NCBI GenBank assembly: GCA_964016885.1
Contig: OZ024750.1
Location: 38,068,001-38,132,000, forward strand
Length of the DNA: 64,000 bases
Source of the DNA: Eledone cirrhosa
Taxonomy: Eukaryota
Direction: 5' to 3'
The translations under genes were made by a program, and so were the position numbers. This document shows, piece after piece, positions 44,961 to 58,900 of the stretch; position 1 is the stretch's first letter, and every line of letters begins with the position of its first letter. The notes under the pieces are model-generated. The model searched no databases and had not been told where the DNA came from. It saw only the letters and a list, made by a program, of their open reading frames with translations.

Positions 44961-47900
44961 CTAACCTGTACACTGTATGTGATGTACCATGAAGCTATAG
45001 CTAACCTATACACTGTATGTGATGTACCATGAAGCTATGACTAACCTGTACACTGTATGTGATGTACCATGAAGCTATGACTAACCTGTACACCGTATGT
45101 GATGTACCATGAAGCTATAACTAACCTATACACTGTATGTGATGTACCATGAAGCTATGACTAACCTGTACACTGTATGTGATGTACCATGAAGCTATGA
45201 CTAACCTATACACTGTATGTGATGTACCATGCAGCTATGACTAACCTGTACACTGTATGTGATGTACCATGAAGCTATAGCTAACCTGTACACTGTATGT
45301 GATGTACCATGAAGCTATGACTAACCTGTACACTGTATGTGATGTACCATGAAGCTATGACTAACCTGTACACTGTATGTGATGTAGCATGAAGCTATTG
45401 CTAACCTGTACACTGTATGTGATGTACGATGAAGCTATGACTAACCTGTACACTGTATGCGATGTACCATGAAGCTATAGCTAACCTATACACTCTATGT
45501 GATGTACCATGAAGCTATGACTAACCTGTACACTGTATGTGATGTACCATGAAGCTATGGCTAACCTGTACACTGTATGTGATGTAACATGAAGCTATAG
45601 CTAACCTGTACACTGTATGTGATGTACCATGAAGCTATGACTAACCTGTACACTGTATGTGATGTACCATGAAGCTATGACTAACCTGTACACTGTATGT
45701 GATTTACCATGAAGCTATGACTAACATGTACACTGTATGCGATGTACCATGAAGCTATGACTAACCTATACACTGTATGTGATGTACCATGAAGCTATGA
45801 CTAAACTTTACACTGTATGTGATGTACCATGAAGCTATGGCTAACCTGTACACTGTATGTGATGTACCATGAAGCTATGGCTAACCTGTACACTGTATGT
45901 GATGTACCATGAAGTTATAGCTAATCTGTACACTGTATGTGATGTAACATGAAGCTATAGCTAACCTGTACACTGTATGTGATGTACCATGAAGCTATGA
46001 CTAACCTGTACACTGTATGTGATGTACCATGAAGCTATGACTAACCTGTACACTGTATGTGATGTACCATGAAGCTATGGCTATCATGTACACTGTATGT
46101 GATGTACCATGAAGCGATGGCTAACCTGTACACTGTATGTGATGTACCATGAAGCTATGGCTAACCTGTACACTGTATGTGATGTACCATGAAGCTATGG
46201 CTAACCTGTACACTGTATGTGATGTACCATGAAGCTATGACTAACCTGTACACTGTATATGATGTACCATGAAGCTATGACTAACATGTACACTGTATGC
46301 GATGTACCATGAAGCTATGACTAACCTGTACACTGTATGTGATGTACCATGAAGCTATAACTAACCTGTACACTGTATGTGATGTACCATGAAGCTATGG
46401 GTAACCTCTACACTGTATGTGATGTACCATGAAGCTATGACTAACCTGTACACTGTATGTGATTTACCATGAAGCTATGACTAACCTTTACACTGTATGT
46501 GATGTACCATGAAGCTTTGGCTAACATGTACACTGTATGTGATGTACCATGAAGCTATGGCTAACCTGTACACTGTATGTGATGAACCATGAAGCTATGA
46601 CTAACCTGTACACTGTATGTGATGTTCCATGAAGCTATGACTAACCTGTACACTGTATGTGATGTACCATGAAGCTATGGCTAACCTGTACACTGTATGT
46701 GATGTACCATGAAGCTATGACTAACTTGTACACTGTATATGATGTACCATGAAGCTATGACTAACATGTACACTGTATGCGATGTACCATGAAGCTATGA
46801 CTAACCTGTACACTGTATGTGATGTACCATGAAGCTATGACTAACCTGTACACTGTATGTGATGTACCATGAAGCTATGGCTAACCTGTACACTGTATGT
46901 GATGTAACATGAAGCTATAGCTAACCTGTACACTGTATGTGATGTACCATGAAGCTATGACTAACCTGTACACTGTATGTGATGTACCATGAAGCTATGA
47001 CTAACCCGTACACTGTATGTGATGTAACATGAAGCTATAGCTAACCTCTACACTGTATGTGATGTACCATGAAGCTATGATTAACCTGTACACTGTATGT
47101 GATGTACCATGAAGCTATAGCTAACCTATACACTGTATGTGATGTACCATGAAGCTATGACTAATCTGTACACTGTATGTGATGTACCATGAAGCTATGG
47201 CTAACCTGTACACCGTATGTGATGTAACATGAAGCTATAGCTAACCTGTACACTGTATTTGATGTACCATGAAGCTATGACTAACCTGTACACTGTATGT
47301 GATGTACCATGAAGCTATCACTAACCTGTACACTGTATGTGATGTACCATGAAGCTATGACTAACCTGTACACTGTATGTGATGTACCATGAAGCTATGA
47401 CTAACCTATACACTGTATTTGATGTACCATGAAGCTATGACTAACCTTTACACTGTATGTGATGTACCATGAATTCTATGACTAACCTGTACACTCTATG
47501 TGATGTACCATGAAGCTATGACTAACCTATACACTGTATGTGATGTACCATGAAGCTATGACTAACCTTTACACTGTATGTGATGTACCATGAAGCTATG
47601 GCTAACCTGTACACTGTATGTGATGTACCATGAAGCTATGGCTAACCTGTACACTGTATGTGATGTACCATGAAGTTATAGCTAATCTGTACACTGTATG
47701 TGATGTAACATGAAGCTATAGCTAACCTGTACACTGTATGTGATGTACCATGAAGCTATGACTAACCTGTACACTGTATGTGATGTACCATGAAGCTATA
47801 GCTAACCTATACACTGTATGTGATGTACCATGAAGCTATGACTAACCTGTACACTGTATGTGATGTACCATGAAGCTATGACTAACCTATACACTGTATG

Positions 47901-50900
47901 TGATGTACCATGAAGCTATGACTAACCTGTACACTGTATGTGATGTACCATGAAGCTATGACTAACATGTAACCTGTATAGATGTACCATGAAGCTATGA
48001 CTAACCTGTACACTGTATGTGATGTACCATGAAGCTATGCTAACCTGTACACTGTATGTGATGTACCATGAAGCTATGGCTAACCTGTACAATGTATGTG
48101 ATGTACCATGAAGCTATGACTAACCTATACACTGTATGTGATGTACCATGAAGCTATGACTAACCTGTACACTGTCTGTGATGTACCATGAAGCTATGGC
48201 TAAACTGTACACTGTATGTGACTTACCATGAAGCTATGGCTAACCTGTACACTGTATGTGATGTACCATGAAGCTATGACTAACCTGTACACTGTATATG
48301 ATGTACCATGAAGCTATGACTAACATGTACACTGTATGCGATGTACCATGAAGCTATGACTGACCTGTACACTGTATGTGATGTACCATGAAGCTATGAC
48401 TAACCTGTACACTGTATGTAATGTACCATGAAGCTATGACTAACCTGTACACTGTATGTGATGTACCATGAATCTATGGCTAACCTGTACACTGTATGTG
48501 ATGTACCATGAAGCTATGACTAACCTATACACTGTATGTGATGTACCATGAAGCTATGACTAACCTGTACACCGTATGTGATGTACCATGAAGCTATAAC
48601 TAACCTATACACTGTATGTGATGTACCATGAAGCTATGACTAACCTGTACACTGTATGTGATGTACCATGAAGCTATGACTAACCTATACACTGTATGTG
48701 ATGTACCATGCAGCTATGACTAATCTGTACACTGTATGTGATGTACAATGAAGCTATAGCTAACCTGTGCACTGTATGTGATGTACCATGAAGCTATGAC
48801 TAACCTGTACACTGTATGTGATGTACGATGAAGCTATGACTAACCTGTACACTGTATGCGATGTACCATGAAGCTATAGCTAACCTATACACTCTATGTG
48901 ATGTACCATGAAGCTATGACTAACCTGTACACTGTATGTGATGTACCATGAAGCTATGGCTAACCTGTACACTGTATGTGATGTAACATGAAGCTATAGC
49001 TAACCTGTACACTGTATGTGATGTACCATGAAGCTATGACTAACCTGTACACTGTATGTGATGTACCATGAAGCTATGACTAACCTGTACACTGTATGTG
49101 ATTTACCATGAAGCTATGACTAACATGTACACTGTATGCGATGTACCATGAAGCTATGACTAACCTATACACTGTATGTGATGTACCATGAAGCTATGAC
49201 TAAACTTTACACTGTATGTGATGTACCATGAAGCTATGGCTAACCTGTACACTGTATGTGATGTACCATGAAGCTATGGCTAACCTGTACACTGTATGTG
49301 ATGTACCATGAAGCTATGGCTAACCTGTACACTGTATGTGATATACCATGAAGCTATGGCTAACCTGTACACTGTATGTGATGTACCATGAAGTTATAGC
49401 TAATCTGTACACTGTATGTGATGTACCATGAAGCTATGACTAACCTGTACACTGTATGTGATGTACCATGAAGCTATAGCTAACCTATACACTGTATGTG
49501 ATGTACCATGAAGCTATGACTAACCTGTACACTGTATTTGATGTACCATGAAGCTATTACTAACCTATACACTGTATGTGATGTACCATGAAGCTATGAC
49601 TAAACTTTACACTGTATGTGATGTACCATGAAGCTATGGCTAACCTGTACACTGTATGTGATGTACCATGAAGCTATGGCTAGCCTGTACACTGTATGTG
49701 ATGTACCATGAAGTTTTAGCTAATCTGTACACTGTATGTGATGTAACATGAAGCTATAGCTAACCTATACATTGTATGTGATGTACCATGAAGCTATGAC
49801 TAACCTGTACACTGTAACTGATGTACCATAAAGCTATAACTAACCTATACACTGTATGTGATGTACCATGAAGCTATGACTAACATGTACACTGTATGTG
49901 ATGTACCATGAAGCTATGGCTAACCTGTACACTGTATGTGATGCACCATGAAGCTATGCTAAACGGTACACTGTATGTGATGTACCATGAAGCTATGGCT
50001 AACCTGTACAATGTATGTGATGTACCATGAAGCTATGACTAACCTATACACTGTATGTGATGTACCATGAAGCTATAACTAACCTGTACACTGTATGTGA
50101 TGTACCATGAAGCTATGGCTAACCTGTACACTGTATGTGATGTACCATGAAGCTATGACTAACCTGTACACTGTATGTGATGTACCATGAAGCTATGGCT
50201 AACCTGTACACTGTATGTGATGTACCATGAAGCTATGGCTAACCTGTACACTGTATGTGATGTACCATGAAGCTATGACTAACCTGTACACTGTATGTGA
50301 TGTACCATGAAGCTATGACTAACCTGTACACTGTATGTGATGTACCATGAAGCTATGGCTAACATGTACACTGTATGTGATGTACCATGAAGCTATGGCT
50401 AACCTGTACACTGTATGTGATGTACCATGAAGCTATAGGTAACCTGTACACTGTATGTGATGTACCCTGAAGCTATGACTAACCTGTACACTGTATGTGA
50501 TGTACCATGAAGCTATGGCTAACCTGTACACCGTATGTGATGTAACATGAAGCTATAGCTAATCCGTACACTGTATGTGATGTACCATGAAGCTATGACT
50601 AACCTGTACACTGTATGTGATGTACCATGAAGCTATGACTAACCTGTACACTGTATGTGATGTACCATGAAGCTATGGCTAACATGTACACTGTATGTGA
50701 TGTACCATGAAGCTATGGCTAACCTGTACACTGTATGTGATGTACCATGAAGCTATGGCTAACCTGTACACTGTATGTGATGTACCATGAAGCTATGGCT
50801 AACCTGTACACTGTATGTGATGTACCATGAAGCTATGACTAACCTGTACACTGTATATGATGGACCATGAAGCTATGACTAACATGTACACTGTATGCGA

Positions 50901-52939
50901 TGTACCATGAAGCTATGACTAACATGTACACTGTATGTGATGTACCATGAAGCTATGACTAACCTGTAGACTGTATGTGATGTACCATGAAGCTATAGGT
51001 AACCTCTACACTGTATGTGATGTACCATGAAGCTATGACTAACCTGTACACTGTATGTGATTTACCATGAAGCTATGACTAACCTGTACACTGTATGTGA
51101 TGTACCATGAAGCTATGACTAACCTGTACACTGTATGTGATGTACCATGAAGCTATGACTAACCTATACATTGTATGTGATGTACCATGAAGCTATGACT
51201 AACCTTTACACTGTATGTGATGTACCATGAATTCTATGACTAACCTGTACACTGTATGTGATGTACCATGAAGCTATGACTAACCTATACACTGTATGTG
51301 ATGTACCATGAAGCTATGACTAACCTTTACACTGTATGTGATGTACCATGAAGCTATGGCTAACCTGTACACTGTATGTGATGTACCATGAAGTTATAGC
51401 TAACCTTTACACTGTATGTGATGTACCATGAAGTTATAGCTAATCTGTACACTGTATGTGATGTAACATGAAGCTATAGCTAACCTGTACACTGTATGTG
51501 ATGTACCATGAAGCTATGACTAACCTGTACACTGTGTGTGATGTACCATGAAGCTATACCTAACCTATACACTGTATGTGATGTACCATGAAGCTATGAC
51601 TAACCTCTACACTGTATGTGATGTACCATGAAGCTATGACTAACCTATACACTGTATGTGATGTACCATGAAGCTATGACTAACCTGTACACTGTATGTG
51701 ATGTACCATGAAGCTATGACTAACCTATACACTGTATGTGATGTACCATGAAGCTATGACTAACCTGTACACCGTATGTGATGTACCATGAAGCTATGAC
51801 TAACCTATACACTGTATGTGATGTACCATGAAGCTATGACTAACCTGTACACTGTATGTGATGTACCATGAAGCTATGACTAACCTATACATTGTATGTG
51901 ATGTACCATGCAGCTATGACTAACCTGTACACTGTATGTGATGTACCATGAAGCTATAGCTAACCTGTACACTGTATGTGATGTACCATGAAGCTATGAC
52001 TAACCTGTACACTGTATGTGATGTACCATGAAGCTATGAGTAACCTGTACACTGTATGTGATGTACCATGAAGCTATGACTAACCTGTACACTGTATGTG
52101 ATGCACCATGAAGCTATGGCTAACCTGTACACTGTATGTGATGTAACATGAAGCTATAGCTAACCTGTACACTGTATGTGATGTACCATGAAGCTATGAC
52201 TAACCTGTACACCGTATGTGATGTTCCATGAAGCTATGACTAACCTATACACTGTATGTGATGTACCATGAAGCTATGACTAACCTGTACACCGTATGTG
52301 ATGTACCATGAAGCTATGACTAACCTATACACTGTATGTGATGTACCATGCAGCTATGACTAACCTGTACACTGTATGTGATGTACCATGAAGCTATAGC
52401 TAACCTGTACACTGTATGTGATGTACCATGAAGCTATGACTAACCTGTACACTGTATGTGATGTACCATGAAGCTATGACTAACCTGTACACTGTATGTG
52501 ATGTAACATGAAGCTATAGCTAACCTCTACACTGTATGTGATGTACCATGAAGCTATGACTAACCTGTACACTGTATGTGATGTACCATGAAGCTATAGC
52601 TAACCTGTACACTGTATGTGATGTACCATGAAGCTATGACTAACCTGTACACTGTATGTGATGTACCATGAAGCTATGGCTAACCTGTACACCGTATGTG
52701 ATGTAACATGAAGCTATAGCTAACCTGTACACTGTATGTGATGTACCATGAAGCTATGACTAACCTGTACACTGTATGTGATGTACCATGAAGCTATGAC
52801 TAACCTGTACACTGTATGTGATGTACCATGAAGCTATGCCTAACATGTACACTGTATGTGATGTACCATGAAGCTATGGCTAACCTGTACACTGTATGTG
52901 ATGTACCATGAAGCTATGGCTAACCTGTACACTGTATGT

Positions 52940-55900
52940 GATGTACCATGAAGCTATGTCTAACCTGTACACTGTATGTGATGTACCATGAAGCTATGAC
53001 TAACCTGTACACTGTATATGATGTACCATGAAGCTATGACTAACATGTACACTGTATGCGATGTACCATGAAGCTATGACTAACCTGTACACTGTATGTG
53101 ATGTACCATGAAGCTATGACTAACCTGTACACTGTATGTGATTTACCATGAAGCTATCACTAACCTGTACACTGTATGTGATGTACCATGAAGCTATGAC
53201 TAACCTGTACACTGTATGTGATGTACCATGAAGCTATGACTAACCTATACACTGTATGTGATGTACCATGAAGCTATGACTAACCTTTACACGGTATGTG
53301 ATGTACCATGAATTCTATGACTAATCTGTACACTGTATGTGATGTACCATGAAGCTATGACTAACCTTTACACTGTATGTGATGTACCATGAAGCTATGG
53401 CTAACCTGTACACTGTATGTGATGTACAATGAAGCTATGACTAACCTGTACACTGTATGTGATGTACTATGAAGTTATAGCTAATCTGTACACTGTATGT
53501 GATGTAACATGAAGCTATGACTAACCTGTACACTGTATGTGATGTACCATGAAGCTATGACTAAAATGTAACCTGTATGTGATGTACCATGAAGCTATGA
53601 CTAACCTGTACACTGTATGTGATGTACCATGAAGCTATGCTAACCTGTACACTGTATGTGATGTACCATGAAGCTATGGCTAACCTGTACAATGTATGTG
53701 ATGTACCATGAAGCTATGACTAACCTATACACTGTATGTGATGTACCATGAAGCTATGACTAACCTGTACACTGTATGTGATGTACCATGAAGCTATGGC
53801 TAAACTGTACACTGTATGTGACTTACCATGAAGCTATGGCTAACCTGTACACTGTATGTGATGTACCATGAAGCTATGACTAACCTGTACACTGTATATG
53901 ATGTACCATGAAGCTATGACTAAAATGTACACTGTATGCGATGTACCATGAAGCTATGACTAACCTGTACACTGTATGTGATGTACCATGAAGCTATGAC
54001 TAACCTGTACACTGTATGTGATGTACCATGAAGCTATGACTAACCTGTACACTGTATGTGATGTACCATGAATCTATGGCTAACCTGTACACTGTATGTG
54101 ATGTACCATGAAGCTATGCCTAACCTATACACTGTATGTGATGTACCATGAAGCTATGACTTACCTGTACACCGTATGTGATGTACCATGAAGCTATAAC
54201 TAACCTATACACTGTATGTGATGTACCATGAAGCTATGACTAACCTGTACACTGTATGTGATGTACCATGAAGCTATGACTAACCTATACACTGTATGTG
54301 ATGTACCATGCAGCTATGACTAACCTGTACACTGTATGTGATGTACCATGAAGCTAAAGCTAACCTGTACACTGTATGTGATGTACCATGAAGCTATGAC
54401 TAACCTGTACACTGTATGTGATGTACCATGAAGCTATGACTAACCTGTACACTGTATGTGATGTACCATGAAGCTATGACTAACCTGTACACTGTATGTG
54501 ATTTACCATGAAGCTATGACTAACATGTACACTGTATGCGATGTACCATGAATCTATGACTAACCTGTACACTGTATGTGATGTACCATGAAGCTATGAC
54601 TAACCTGTACACTGTATGTGATGTACCATGAAGCTATGGCTAACCTGTACACTGTATGTGATGTACCATGAAGCTATAGGTAAGCTGTACACTGTATGTG
54701 ATGTACCATGAAGCTATGACTAACCTGTACACTGTATGTGATGTACCATGAAGCTATGGCTAACCTGTACACTGTATGTGATGTACCATGAAGCTATGAC
54801 TAACCTATACACTGTATGTGATGTACCATGAAGCTATGACTAAACTTTACACTTTATGTGATGTACCATGAAGCTATGGCTAACCTGTACACTGTATGTG
54901 ATGTACCATGAAGCTATGGCTAACCTGTACACTGTATGTGATGTACCATGAAGTTATAGCTAATCTGTACACTGTATGTGATGTAACATGAAGCTATAGC
55001 TAACCTGTACACTGTATGTGATGTACCATGAATCTATGACTAACCTGTACACTGTATGTGATGTACCATGAAGCTATAGCTAACCTATACACTGTATGTG
55101 ATGTACCATGAAGCTATGACTAACCTGTACACTGTATGTGATGTACCATGAAGCTATAACTAACCTATACACTGTATGTGATGTACCATGAAGCTATGAC
55201 TAACCTGTACACTGTATGTGATGTACCATGAAGCTATGACTAACATGTACACTGTATGTGATGTAGCATGAAGCCATGACTAACCTGTACACTGTATGTG
55301 ATGTACCATGTAGCTATGCTAAACGGTACACTGTTTGTGATGTACCATGAAGCTATGGCTAAACTGTACAATGTATGTGATGTACCATGAAGCTATGACT
55401 AACCTATACACTGTATGTGATGTACCATGAAGCTATGACTAACCTGTGCACTGTATGTGATGTACCATGAAGCTATGGCTAACCTGTACACTGTATGTGA
55501 TGTACCATGAAGCTATGACTAACCTGTACACTGTATGTGATGTACCATGAAGCTATGGCTAACCTGTACACTGTATGTGATGTACCATGAAGCTATGGCT
55601 AACCTGTACACTGTATGTGATGTACCATGAAGCTATGGCTAACCTGTACACTGTATGTGATGTACCATGCAGCTATGGCTAACCTGTACACTGTATGTGA
55701 TGTACCATGAAGCTATGACTAACCTGTACATTGTATGTGATGTACCATGAAGCTATAGCTAACCTGTACACTGTATGTGATGTACCATAAAGCTATGGCT
55801 AACCTGTACACTCTATGTGATGTACCATGAAGCTATGACTAACCTGTACACTGTATATGATGTACCATGAAGCTATGACTAACCTTTACACTGTATGTGA

Positions 55901-58900
55901 TGTACCATGAAGCTATGGCTAACATGTACACTGTATGTGATGTACCATGAAGCTATGACTAACCTGTACACTGTATGTGATGTACCATGAAGCTATGGCT
56001 AACCTGTACACTGTATGTGATGTACCATGAAGCTTTGACTAACCTGTACACTGTATGTGATGTTCCATGAAGCTATGACTAACCTGTACACTGTATGTGA
56101 TGTACCATGAAGCTATGGCTAACCTGTACACTGTATGTGATGTACCATGAAGCTATGACTAACTTGTACACTGTATATGATGTACCATGAAGCTATGACT
56201 AACATGTACACTGTATGTGATGTACCATGAAGCTATGCTAACCTGTACACTGTATGTGATGTACCATGAAGCTATGGCTAACCTGTACAATGTATGTGAT
56301 GTACCATGAAGCTATGACTAACCTATACACTCTATGTGATGTACTATGAAGCTATGACTAACCTTTACACTGTATGTGATGTACCATGAATTCTATGACT
56401 AACCTGTACACTGTATGTGATTTACCATGAAGCTATCACTAACCTGTACACTGTATGTGATGTACCATGAAGCTATGACTAACCTGTACACTGTATGTGA
56501 TGTACCATGAAGCTATGACTAACCTATACACTGTATGTGATGTACCATGAAGCTATGACTAACCTTTACACTGTATGTGATGTACCATGAATCCTATGAC
56601 TAACCTGTACACTGTATGTGATGTACCATGAAGCTATGACTAACCTATACACTGTATGTGATGTACCATGAAGCTATGGCTAACCTGTACACTGTATGTG
56701 ATGTACCATGAAGCTATGGCTAACCTGTACACTGTATGTGATGTACCATGAAGTTATAGCTAGTCTGTACACTGTATGTGATGTAACATGAAGCTATAGC
56801 TAACCTGTACACTGTATGTGATGTACCATGAAGCTATGACTAACCTGTACACTGTATGTGATGTACCATGAAGCTATAGCTAACCTATACATTGTATGTG
56901 GTGTACCATGAAGCTATGACTAACCTGTACACTGTATGTGATGTAGCATGAAGCTATGACTAACATGTAACCTGTATGTGATGTACCATGAAGCTATGAC
57001 TAACCTGTACACTGTATGTGATGTACCATGAAGCTATGCTAACCTGTACACTGTATGTGATGTACCATGAAGCTATGTCTAACCTGTACACTGTATGTGA
57101 TGTACCATGAAGCTATGACTAACCTGTACACTGTATATGATGTACCATGAAGCTATGACTAACATGTACACTGTATGCGATGTACCATGAAGCTATGACT
57201 AACCTGTACACTGTATGTGATGTACCATGAAGCTATGACTAACCTGTACACTGTATGTGATTTACCATGAAGCTATCACTAACCTGTACACTGTATGTGA
57301 TGTACCATGAAGCTATGACTAACCTGTACACTGTATGTGATGTACCATGAAGCTATGACTAACCTATACACTGTATGTGATGTACCATGAAGCTATGACT
57401 AACCTTTACACGGTATGTGATGTACCATGAATTCTATGACTAATCTGTACACTGTATGTGATGTACCATGAAGCTATAACTAACCTATACACTGTATGTG
57501 ATGTACCATGAAGCTATGACTAACCTTTACACTGTATGTGATGTACCATGAAGCTATGGCTAACCTGTACACTGTATGTGATGTACAATGAAGCTATGAC
57601 TAACCTGTACACTGTATGTGATGTACCATCAAGTTATAGCTAATCTGTACACTGTATGTGATGTAACATGAAGCTATGACTAACCTGTACACTGTATGTG
57701 ATGTACCATGAAGCTATGACTAAAATGTAACCTGTATGTGATGTACCATGAAGCTATGACTAACCTGTACACTGTATGTGATGTACCATGAAGCTATGCT
57801 AACCTGTACACTGTATGTGATGTACCATGAAGCTATGGCTAACCTGTACAATGTATGTGATGTACCATGAAGCTATGACTAACCTATACACTGTATGTGA
57901 TGTACCATGAAGCTATGACTAACCTGTACACTGTATGTGATGTACCATGAAGCTATGGCTAAACTGTACACTGTATGTGACTTACCATGAAGCTATGGCT
58001 AACCTGTACACTGTATGTGATGTACCATGAAGCTATGACTAACCTGTACACTGTATATGATGTACCATGAAGCTATGACTAAAATGTACACTGTATGCGA
58101 TGTACCATGAAGCTATGACTAACCTGTACACTGTATGTGATGTACCATGAAGCTATGACTAACCTGTACACTGTATGTGATGTACCATGAAGCTATGACT
58201 AACCTGTACACTGTATGTGATGTACCATGAATCTATGGCTAACCTGTACACTGTATGTGATGTACCATGAAGCTATGCCTAACCTATACACTGTATGTGA
58301 TGTACCATGAAGCTATGACTTACCTGTACACCGTATGTGATGTACCATGAAGCTATAACTAACCTATACACTGTATGTGATGTACCATGAAGCTATGACT
58401 AACCTGTACACTGTATGTGATGTACCATGAAGCTATGACTAACCTATACACTGTATGTGATGTACCATGCAGCTATGACTAACCTGTACACTGTATGTGA
58501 TGTACCATGAAGCTAAAGCTAACCTGTACACTGTATGTGATGTACCATGAAGCTATGACTAACCTGTACACTGTATGTGATGTACCATGAAGCTATGACT
58601 AACCTGTACACTGTATGTGATGTACCATGAAGCTATGACTAACCTGTACACTGTATGTGATTTACCATGAAGCTATGACTAACATGTACACTGTATGCGA
58701 TGTACCATGAATCTATGACTAACCTGTACACTGTATGTGATGTACCATGAAGCTATGACTAACCTGTACACTGTATGTGATGTACCATGAAGCTATGGCT
58801 AACCTGTACACTGTATGTGATGTACCATGAAGCTATAGGTAAGCTGTACACTGTATGTGATGTACCATGAAGCTATGACTAACCTGTACACTGTATGTGA

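Noticed and set aside
35971-47985. Singleton indels tgttttgtg (~35971) and ctgtatagatg (~47974)
   Set aside because: Each is seen once and is absent from paralogous blocks. Without reads they cannot be told apart from sequencing or consensus error.
56894-56906. Telomere-like motifs: CTAACCT (part of TTAGG repeats) and GTATGTG(A/G)TGTAC, which resembles from memory part of the Kluyveromyces lactis telomeric repeat
   Set aside because: The matches are short and the two motifs point in opposite strand senses. There are no G-runs. Kilobase blocks of inherited variants indicate recombinational amplification rather than telomerase templating. A subtelomeric location is not excluded.
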